Shown piece after piece: positions 56,595 through 64,000 of a DNA stretch of 64,000 nt. The stretch is from positions 209,445 to 273,444 of the forward strand of contig CACMAX010000001.1 of the NCBI GenBank assembly GCA_902611845.1, in the 5' to 3' direction. The first letter of the stretch is position 1, and each line of letters begins with the position of its first letter. This DNA comes from an uncultured Pelagibacteraceae bacterium (GTDB taxonomy: Bacteria; Pseudomonadota; Alphaproteobacteria; Pelagibacterales; Pelagibacteraceae). Both the position numbers and the translations under genes were made by a program. The notes under the pieces were generated by a model. It was given only the letters and a program-made list of their open reading frames with translations. It made no database searches and was not told the DNA's origin.

Positions 56595-59033
56595 ATGAAG
56601 GAGTTACCAAAAAGTACTAAAGTAGTAGTTATTGGCGGAGGTGTTGCAGGAACATCTTGCGCCTATCATTTAGCTAAATTTGGTTGGAAAGATGTAATAT
56701 TACTTGAAAGAGATCAATTAACATCAGGAACTACTTGGCACGCCGCAGGTCTTCTAGGTCAATTAGGTGCATCATCTACAATTACCAAAATTAGAAAATA
56801 CTCTTTAGATCTTTATAAAGAATTAGAAAAGACTACAGGATTATCAACTGGGATGAAGCAAAATGGTGCAATTACAGTTGCATCTACTAAAGAAAGAATG
56901 CAAGAATTGCTAAGACAAGCAACGACTGCACAATTGTCTGATGTTGAAGTAGAAGTCTTAGATCATAAAAGACTAAAAGAATTATATCCAGTGATTCATA
57001 GTGAAGATCTTGTAGGTGGTGTTTACATGCCAAAAGATGGACAAGCAGATCCTGTTGGAGTTACTAACGTGCTTGCAAAAGCTGCAAGAATGGAAGGTGC
57101 TCAAATTTTTGAAAAAACTCCTGTAAAAAAAATACTTACAAAGAATTCAAGAATAAGTGGAGTTGAAACAAAAAAAGGTATTATAGATTGTGAGTATGTA
57201 GTTATGGCTACAGGAATGTGGTCTAGACAATTAGGGGAAGAAATTAATGTTAGCGTTCCTTTATACCCAAATGAACATTTTTATATAATCACTGAACCGA
57301 TGAAAGATTTACCTCAAAACCTTCCTGTCTTAAGAGATTATAATGCTTGTTTATATTTAAAAGAAGATGCTGGAAAAATGCTTGTAGGTATTTTTGAACC
57401 AAATGCAAAACCAGCATTTAAGGAGACAGGGAGAGTACCTGATGATTTTTCTTTTGGCGAACTTCCAGATGATTTTGATCATTTTGAACCGTATTTAGAA
57501 AAGTCATTTCATAGATTACCAATGTTAGAGAGTGCAGGAATTAGAAAATTTTTCTCAGGCCCAGAATCTTTTACTCCAGATACGCAATACTTATTAGGAG
57601 AAACTCCTGAGGTAAAAAATTTATACACTTGTTGTGGCTTTAATAGCATCGGAATTGCTAGCTCAGGTGGAGCGGGCAGAGTAACAGCTGAATGGATGAT
57701 GAACGGACATATAAATGAGGATTTATTTTCATTAGATATTAAAAGATTTCAGAAATTTCACTCTTCAAAAAACTTTATTATGGAAAGAGTTACAGAAACA
57801 CTCGGTGATTTGTATGGAATGCATTGGCCATTTAAACAGCACAATACATCAAGAAATCAAAAGCTTTTACCTTATCACGAGGAATTAAAAAATGCTGGAG
57901 CTTGTTTTGGAGTTGCAGGAGGTTTTGAAAGACCAATGTGGTATTCATTAAATGGTAAAGAGCCTAAATACGAATATAGTTTTAATTATCAAAATTGGTA
58001 CCCATCAGCAAAGCATGAAACTTTAAATGCAAGAAAAAATGTTGGACTTTTTGATTTTTCAACTTTTTCAAAGTTTGATTTAAAAGGGGAAAAAACTCAT
58101 CAAGAACTTCAAAAGTTATGTACTGCTAACATTAAAAACGAAATTGGTAAAACAACATATACCCATATGCTGAATGAAGATGGTGGAATAGAAACAGATT
58201 TAACTGTTGTATGTATGGATAAAAACTTTTTTAGAGTTGTAAGCTCTGCAGCTACAAGAGAACACGATAAATATCATATATTAAAATATTTAGATGAAGG
58301 CGTATCTTTTAAAGATGTAACAGAAGATATTTGTTGTTTAGGATTGTTTGGTCCAAAGAGTAGAGAGATGATCTCGAAAATAAGCAATGATGATTTTAGT
58401 AAGGATAAATTTAAGTTTGGAACTGGAAAGTTCATAATGATTAATGGTGTTAAAGTTTGGGCCCAACGACTTTCTTACGTTGGTGAATTAGGATTTGAGC
58501 TTTATGTTGAATCAAGTTTTGCTAAGAATTTATATGAAATTCTGATTGATGAGGGTAAAAACTTTGAACTGTCTCATTGTGGAATGCATGCAATGGATAT
58601 TATGAGAATGGAAAGTGGATTTGTTCACTGGGGACATGATATTTCACCTGAAGAAAATCAGTATCAAGCAGGTTTAAAATTTGCAATTAGTTATAAAAAA
58701 AATGTCAACTTTATTGGAAAAGACGCTTTATTGAAAATTAAAGACCAAAAATTAGATAAGAAGATGATGATGTTTACTCTTAAAGACAGCAAACCTGGTG
58801 AGCCACTTTTACTACATGAAGAACCTATCTATATGGATGACAAAATAATTGGTAGAACAACTTCAGGAAATTATTCTTTTTGTTATGATAAAAATCTTTC
58901 ATTTGGATATGTCAATTCTGGAAATACAGTTGAAACATTAAAAGACAAAAATATATATATTGAAATTGAAAAACAAAAATATCCAGTTGAGGTGTTAGAA
59001 AAACCTTTAAACAATAAAAATTTTAAGAACTAA
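56595..59033 (+). CDS. GcvT-family FAD-dependent oxidoreductase (sarcosine dehydrogenase-like)
   Basis: GGGVAG, LTSGTTWHAAG, DGQADP, GPESFTPD, SYVGELGFE. Confidence 0.9.
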   Translation: MKELPKSTKVVVIGGGVAGTSCAYHLAKFGWKDVILLERDQLTSGTTWHAAGLLGQLGASSTITKIRKYSLDLYKELEKTTGLSTGMKQNGAITVASTKERMQELLRQATTAQLSDVEVEVLDHKRLKELYPVIHSEDLVGGVYMPKDGQADPVGVTNVLAKAARMEGAQIFEKTPVKKILTKNSRISGVETKKGIIDCEYVVMATGMWSRQLGEEINVSVPLYPNEHFYIITEPMKDLPQNLPVLRDYNACLYLKEDAGKMLVGIFEPNAKPAFKETGRVPDDFSFGELPDDFDHFEPYLEKSFHRLPMLESAGIRKFFSGPESFTPDTQYLLGETPEVKNLYTCCGFNSIGIASSGGAGRVTAEWMMNGHINEDLFSLDIKRFQKFHSSKNFIMERVTETLGDLYGMHWPFKQHNTSRNQKLLPYHEELKNAGACFGVAGGFERPMWYSLNGKEPKYEYSFNYQNWYPSAKHETLNARKNVGLFDFSTFSKFDLKGEKTHQELQKLCTANIKNEIGKTTYTHMLNEDGGIETDLTVVCMDKNFFRVVSSAATREHDKYHILKYLDEGVSFKDVTEDICCLGLFGPKSREMISKISNDDFSKDKFKFGTGKFIMINGVKVWAQRLSYVGELGFELYVESSFAKNLYEILIDEGKNFELSHCGMHAMDIMRMESGFVHWGHDISPEENQYQAGLKFAISYKKNVNFIGKDALLKIKDQKLDKKMMMFTLKDSKPGEPLLLHEEPIYMDDKIIGRTTSGNYSFCYDKNLSFGYVNSGNTVETLKDKNIYIEIEKQKYPVEVLEKPLNNKNFKN

Positions 59034-59904
59034 CTTTCCTTTTTCTACTTTCGGCCTGAACAAATAAAACTCCAAAAACAATTATTCCAATAACTCCAAA
59101 AGTTTTATTAAAATCAAAAGGTACTCCAAATATATAAAAATTGATTAATGTTGACCAAATTAGTTGTGAATATTGAAAATTAGTAACAAAAGATAAATTT
59201 GATAGCTGAATTGCAAATATAATTAAAAGGTGGCTAGTAAAACCTAATACACCTAGAAATACTAACCATACCCATAACTTTTTATTCTCAATAGGTGTCC
59301 AGTCTAGTATTACATAAATAGAGAAAACAATGGCCCCAACAACAGCAGCATAAAATAACGCCACTAAAGGATCATTATTACCAGAAATAAATTTTGTAAA
59401 AAATTGATATAAAGCCCAACATACTGGTGGCACCAAAGGAAAAATTAAGTCTAAACTTAAGACTTTCATACTAGGACTCATTGAATAAATTATACACCCG
59501 AAGCTTAATAACATTAAAATTATACCTTTAGATGAAAGAATATCTTTTAAAAACAATGCAGTTAAAATTGATACTATTAATGGAGCTGAGAAGAAAACTA
59601 CATAGATATCGACAAGGTCAAATTTTTGTAAAGAATGAATGAAAAAAAAAGTAGCAAAAACCATTAATATAGATCTAATAATATTAATTTTAAAATTGCT
59701 TTTTAAGTTTAACTTAGGTTTCAATATTGCAAATAAAATTAAAATAATAATAAAGTGAAAAAAAAATCTGCCCCAAATTACTTGATTTAATGGCATTAAT
59801 GTTCCCAGATATTTTGCAGTAGAATCTTGGCAAACTAAAATAAAAAATCCAGATATAGATAAAATTATAACTTTGGTAATAGATTTATTTTTAAGAAAAT
59901 TCAT
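59023..59904 (-). CDS. DMT/EamA-family transporter
   Basis: About 10 TM segments, QDSTAKYL, QVIWGRF, FQYSQLIWS. Confidence 0.85.
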   Translation of the reverse strand: MNFLKNKSITKVIILSISGFFILVCQDSTAKYLGTLMPLNQVIWGRFFFHFIIILILFAILKPKLNLKSNFKINIIRSILMVFATFFFIHSLQKFDLVDIYVVFFSAPLIVSILTALFLKDILSSKGIILMLLSFGCIIYSMSPSMKVLSLDLIFPLVPPVCWALYQFFTKFISGNNDPLVALFYAAVVGAIVFSIYVILDWTPIENKKLWVWLVFLGVLGFTSHLLIIFAIQLSNLSFVTNFQYSQLIWSTLINFYIFGVPFDFNKTFGVIGIIVFGVLFVQAESRKRKVSS

Positions 59905-59919
59905 AATTTCGATTAAATT

Positions 59920-60993
59920 TTAGACTGAACTAAGATTATCTAAAATTCTTTTTGAGCACTGTTCTGTATTACTAGAGCCTTGAAGATCTTTTGTTCGACT
60001 GTCTTTATCTTTAAGAGTTAATTCAATTGATTTTACTATTCTATCAGAAGCTTCTTTCTCACCCAAGTACTCTAGCATCATTGCAGCTGACCAAATCTGT
60101 CCCACTGGATTGGCTATTCCTTGGCCCGCAATATCTGGCGCAGATCCATGTACAGGTTCGAATAATGATGGGTATTTATTTGTTGGATTAATATTTCCAG
60201 ATGGTGCAATTCCAATAGTTCCAGTACAAGCTGGTCCTAGATCAGATAGAATATCCCCAAAAAGGTTTGATGCGACTATCACATCAAAACGTTCAGGACT
60301 TAGAACAAATCTAGCAGCTAATATATCAATATGGTATTGATCAGTTTCTATATCAGAAAAATTTTTTTTATTCTCATTAAATCTTTCATCCCAATAAGGC
60401 ATTGTAATTGATATTCCATTTGATTTTGTTGCACTTGTTAGTTTTTTTCTTTTTCTTTTTTTAGCTAATTCAAAAGCAAATTGTTGAACTCTATCTATTC
60501 CATATTTTGACATTATTGTTTCTTGAATAACCACCTCTCTATCAGTTCCCTGATACATTCTTCCACCGACTGATGAATATTCACCTTCAGTATTTTCTCT
60601 TACAATTATCATGTCAATATCACCTGGCTTTTTATTAGCTAATGGAGCATTTACACCTTCAAAAAGTTTTACAGGTCTTAAGTTAATAAATTGATCAAAC
60701 TCTCTTCTAAATTTTAACAATGATCCCCAAAGTGTTATGTGGTCAGGGTATTTATCTGGCATACCAACTGCACCAAAGAAAATTGCATCATGTTTCGTGA
60801 GCTTTTCCTTCCAATCATCTGGCATCATTTTTCCATGTTTTTGATAATAATCACATGATGCAAAATCATAATCCTCAATATTTAATTTAAATTGATGTTG
60901 TTGTGAAATTTCTTTTAATATTTTTTGTGCTTCAGGTACAACTTCTTTGCCAATGCCGTCACCAGCAATAGAAGCTATAGAATATTCTTTCAT
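59920..60993 (-). CDS. ttuC: Tartrate dehydrogenase / D-malate dehydrogenase (decarboxylating)
   Basis: GDGIGKEV, DHITLWG, RREFDQFINLRP, RENTEGEY, TKSNGI, FEPVHGSAPDIAG. Confidence 0.85.
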   Translation of the reverse strand: MKEYSIASIAGDGIGKEVVPEAQKILKEISQQHQFKLNIEDYDFASCDYYQKHGKMMPDDWKEKLTKHDAIFFGAVGMPDKYPDHITLWGSLLKFRREFDQFINLRPVKLFEGVNAPLANKKPGDIDMIIVRENTEGEYSSVGGRMYQGTDREVVIQETIMSKYGIDRVQQFAFELAKKRKRKKLTSATKSNGISITMPYWDERFNENKKNFSDIETDQYHIDILAARFVLSPERFDVIVASNLFGDILSDLGPACTGTIGIAPSGNINPTNKYPSLFEPVHGSAPDIAGQGIANPVGQIWSAAMMLEYLGEKEASDRIVKSIELTLKDKDSRTKDLQGSSNTEQCSKRILDNLSSV

Positions 60994-62028
60994 CTATTTA
61001 GCGAATGTGTCGTTAAATTGCTTAGTAACTCTGACAAAAGTTGTGCACTTGCTTAATTGTTTTAAAGAGGGTGCCCCAACATATGTACAACTACTTCTTA
61101 CACCACCTAAAATATTTAAAATGGTATCATTAATTTTACCACGGTACTTAACTCTTACTGTTCTACCTTCACTACTTCTGTAGTCTGATAGTCCACCATA
61201 ATGTTTGTTATTTGCAGTTTCAGAACTTGATCCGTAAAATTCAACATACTTTGATCCATTAGTTTTTACTAATTTTCCTTCACCTTCATCATGACCTGCA
61301 AACATTCCTCCAAGCATAACAAAATCAGCTCCACCACCAAATGCTTTAGCAACATCACCTGGACATGTGCATCCGCCATCTGCAATTATATGTGCACCTA
61401 ATCCATGAGCTGCATCAGCACACTCTATTACCGCACTTAACTGAGGATAGCCAACTCCAGTTTGTATACGTGTTGTACAAACACTTCCTGGTCCAATTCC
61501 AACTTTGACAATATCAGCACCTGATAAAATTAATTCTTGAGTCATGTCAGCAGTAACAACGTTTCCTGCAATAATTGTTTTTGTTGGATATTTATCTCTA
61601 ACAGATTTTAAAAATTTACTAAAATGCTCTGAGTAACCGTTTGCTACATCAATACAAATGAACTTAATGAAACTAAATTCTTTTAAAACTTTATCTAAAT
61701 TTTGGAAATCTTCTTTTTTAGTGCCAATACTTAAAGCTACATTTGTATATATTGATTTTATTTTTTTAAATTTTTTGATTTTTTTTACGTCATGCTGTTT
61801 TGTTAAGCATGTAATCATCCCATATTCTGATAACTTTTGTGCAACACCTAGCTCTCCAACACCATCCATGTTAGCAGCCATAATAGGAATTCCAGACCAT
61901 TCGTTTTTACTGTATTTAAAACGATAAGTTCTCTTTAGATTTACATCTTTTCTACTTTTAAGAGTGCTTCTTTTAGGTCTAAAAAGTACATCGGAATAAT
62001 CTAGTTTTAGCTCTTCTTCAATTCTCAC
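60994..62028 (-). CDS. guaC: GMP reductase
   Basis: [48 protein letters not shown]; probable GTG start at 62028. Confidence 0.96.
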   Translation of the reverse strand: MRIEEELKLDYSDVLFRPKRSTLKSRKDVNLKRTYRFKYSKNEWSGIPIMAANMDGVGELGVAQKLSEYGMITCLTKQHDVKKIKKFKKIKSIYTNVALSIGTKKEDFQNLDKVLKEFSFIKFICIDVANGYSEHFSKFLKSVRDKYPTKTIIAGNVVTADMTQELILSGADIVKVGIGPGSVCTTRIQTGVGYPQLSAVIECADAAHGLGAHIIADGGCTCPGDVAKAFGGGADFVMLGGMFAGHDEGEGKLVKTNGSKYVEFYGSSSETANNKHYGGLSDYRSSEGRTVRVKYRGKINDTILNILGGVRSSCTYVGAPSLKQLSKCTTFVRVTKQFNDTFAK

Positions 62029-62150
62029 AAAAATGAAGGTATACATCCAATGAATGATAATTCAATTTAATAATTGATCTTATTAACGTTGTATTTTAAC
62101 AATTTTAAAATTACTGATTGAATTATAAAAATATAAATTAAAATAAATAA

Positions 62151-63026
62151 ATGTTTGAAGGTTTTAAGAGTAAATACGTACAAGTTAAGAAAGGAAAAGT
62201 GTTCTGTAAAATTAAAGGAGACGGACCGCCTTTATTATTACTACATGGTTATCCTCAAACACATTTAATGTGGCACAAAACGGCTCCTGAGTTATCAAAA
62301 AGCTTTACTGTAGTTGCAGCAGACTTAAGAGGTTATGGAAACAGTTTAGCTCCACCATCTGATAATAAACATTATAATTATTCAAAACGAGAAATGGCGA
62401 GTGACATGAAACAAATGATGGTAAAATTAGGGTATAGTAAATTTTATGTTGCAGGCCATGATAGAGGTGGAAGAGTTGCTCATAGATTGGCAAGAGACCA
62501 CAGAAAAAACGTACTCGCTCTTAGCGTTTTAGATATTTGTCCAACTTTAGACATGTACGAACTAACAACTAGAGATTTTGCAAAAGCTTACTTTCATTGG
62601 TTTTTCTTAATTCAACCAAAATGGTTACCAGAAAGAATGATAATGAGTGATCCAAGAAAATGGATGAAGTATTGTCTAGATAAATGGTCTGGCAATCATA
62701 AATTTGGAAAGGTTGAGGAGGGTTATCTAAAGTGCTTTAAGCAACCAGAGAGAATTCATGGATCATGTGAGGATTATAGAGCATCTGCTACTATTGATCT
62801 TGATCATGACAGATACGATCGAAAGAAAAAATTAAATATTCCTATTCAAGTTTTATGGGGAAAAAATGGAGTAATAGGAAAACAATTTAAACCAATCAAA
62901 ATTTGGCAAAATTACTCAAATAAAAAAGTTGTTGGAGCTGCAGTTAAATCTGGACATTTTATACCAGAGCAAAATCCCAAAGAAACAATTAAACAATTAA
63001 AAAGTTTCTTATTAAAAAATGCTTAA
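62151..63026 (+). CDS. Alpha/beta hydrolase, haloacetate/fluoroacetate dehalogenase type
   Basis: HGYPQT, GHDRGGRV, LDICPT, YFHWFF, EDYRA, GHFIPE. Confidence 0.82.
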   Translation: MFEGFKSKYVQVKKGKVFCKIKGDGPPLLLLHGYPQTHLMWHKTAPELSKSFTVVAADLRGYGNSLAPPSDNKHYNYSKREMASDMKQMMVKLGYSKFYVAGHDRGGRVAHRLARDHRKNVLALSVLDICPTLDMYELTTRDFAKAYFHWFFLIQPKWLPERMIMSDPRKWMKYCLDKWSGNHKFGKVEEGYLKCFKQPERIHGSCEDYRASATIDLDHDRYDRKKKLNIPIQVLWGKNGVIGKQFKPIKIWQNYSNKKVVGAAVKSGHFIPEQNPKETIKQLKSFLLKNA

Positions 63027-63807
63027 AATTATTCCTAATAAAAAAAATATAGGTGCAGAATTAATCTGTGATTTAAATAAAATTAATAATTCTACATTAA
63101 AAAAAATAAAATCTGCTCTCTCAAAATATGGGATGATTTATTTTAGAAACCAAAAATTGAATTCTGATCATTATGTAAAATTTGCAAAAAAATTTGGAAA
63201 ACTCGCAAACTATCCAAGACTTAAAGGATTGAATAAAAAATATCCTCAAATTACTGTTGTTCAAAGAAAATCTACAGATAAAGGCCCTAGTTTTGGTGAA
63301 CAATTTCATACAGACTCAATTTATACTAAAAAACCACCAAGATTTACTATGCTGCTATCGAAATTAGTTCCAAAAAAAGGTCAGGCTAATACAGATTTCT
63401 GTTCCCAATATTTAGCTTATGAAAAATTACCAGCCAACTTTAAAAGAAAGTTTAAAAATGAAAAATGTGTATTTTCATCAGAAGGACCTATTTCTGTAAC
63501 AAGATTAGAAAGAGAGAAAGAAAAAGGGAAAAAAGCTAAAGAACTTATTTCAAAGCATAAATTAATAAGAAAAATAGATAATAAATATACTTTATATTGT
63601 AGCCCAGGTCATTTTATTCGTTTTGATAACAGTAAAATTGATAAAAAATTTAAAACTTATTTATTCAAACACCAAGTAAAAAAAAGTTTTCAATATTCTT
63701 TAGAATGGGAAAAGAACCAATTAGCCATTTGGGACAATAGATCTATGCTTCATCAAGCAACAGCTTTTAAAGGAGATAGAATTATGTATAGAATTACTGT
63801 CCAATAA
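63019..63807 (+). CDS. TauD/TfdA-family 2OG-dependent dioxygenase
   Basis: FHTDSIY (HxD), WDNRSMLH, RITV. Confidence 0.9.
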   Translation: MLKIIPNKKNIGAELICDLNKINNSTLKKIKSALSKYGMIYFRNQKLNSDHYVKFAKKFGKLANYPRLKGLNKKYPQITVVQRKSTDKGPSFGEQFHTDSIYTKKPPRFTMLLSKLVPKKGQANTDFCSQYLAYEKLPANFKRKFKNEKCVFSSEGPISVTRLEREKEKGKKAKELISKHKLIRKIDNKYTLYCSPGHFIRFDNSKIDKKFKTYLFKHQVKKSFQYSLEWEKNQLAIWDNRSMLHQATAFKGDRIMYRITVQ

Positions 63808-64000
63808 TGTTTCAGGTCTTTCTAGGGTTAACACCATTTATAGGCATTACTCTTATTGGATATCTTTTAGGATATATTAAAATTTTTGATTTACAAAAGG
63901 CTAGAATTTTTAATTTATTTTCATTTTATATCGCAGTTCCTGCTTTAATTATAAAATTAGTTGCGCAAAGTGATGTTGGGGAAATAGATGTATCTCAAAT
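63807..64000 (+). CDS. AEC (auxin efflux carrier)-family transporter, 5' fragment truncated by the window end
   Basis: Hand translation MFQVFLGLTPFIGITLIGYLLG...FSFYIAVPALIIKLVAQ; TAATG overlap with the tauD-like gene. Confidence 0.68.
   Translation, partial: MFQVFLGLTPFIGITLIGYLLGYIKIFDLQKARIFNLFSFYIAVPALIIKLVAQSDVGEIDVSQ

Noticed and set aside
4433-62046. Upstream-extended starts in the track (4433, 6418, 25078, 38039, 40609, 42355, 49492, 49910, 52554, 62046)
   Set aside because: Downstream starts give canonical N-termini, stop/start overlaps or SD sites; for example 52554 would run through the Fur boxes
152-63309. Many short antisense or alternate-frame ORFs in the track (e.g. 152-433, 2709-3098, 9591-9872, 19912-20349, 31939-32247, 46749-47117, 49317-49688, 60110-60340)
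   Set aside because: They lie fully within well-supported genes and show no motifs or SD; these are typical shadow ORFs

Overview
This is a densely packed, very AT-rich alphaproteobacterial chromosome segment. Gene content, protein sequences and very short intergenic spaces point to a SAR11 / Candidatus Pelagibacter-type marine bacterium (inference; no database search was run). The backbone is a large methylated-amine, osmolyte and C1 catabolic region. It carries TMAO demethylase (tdm, truncated at the window edge), the TmoXWV transporter, fhs, a heterotetrameric soxBDAG/mgd-type dehydrogenase, an orphan THF-dependent aminomethyltransferase with a short MetF, dimethylglycine- and sarcosine-dehydrogenase-like flavoproteins, ETF/ETF-QO and folE. 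Housekeeping genes (purKE, hisI, guaC) and a Fur-boxed Fe(III) ABC transporter are interspersed. The accessory-looking modules are the most interesting part. (1) A sugar-type ABC importer with a GH63 glucosylglycerate/mannosylglycerate-hydrolase-like enzyme and a GpsA-family gene; one permease has a DUF11-like Ig insert. (2) An orphan operon of a metal-site-altered M19 amidohydrolase, a 550-aa unknown protein, a DUF3726-like protein and an unannotated zinc-finger microprotein. (3) egtB/egtD ergothioneine synthesis genes. (4) A minimal CysC-like kinase paired with an HxGH nucleotidyltransferase. (5) A cytoplasmic SELENBP1-type methanethiol-oxidase homologue coupled to a ferredoxin. (6) A fluoroacetate-dehalogenase-type hydrolase with a TauD dioxygenase. 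Three small ORFs absent from the supplied track were found by hand. No rRNA, tRNA, CRISPR array, integrase or transposase was seen.
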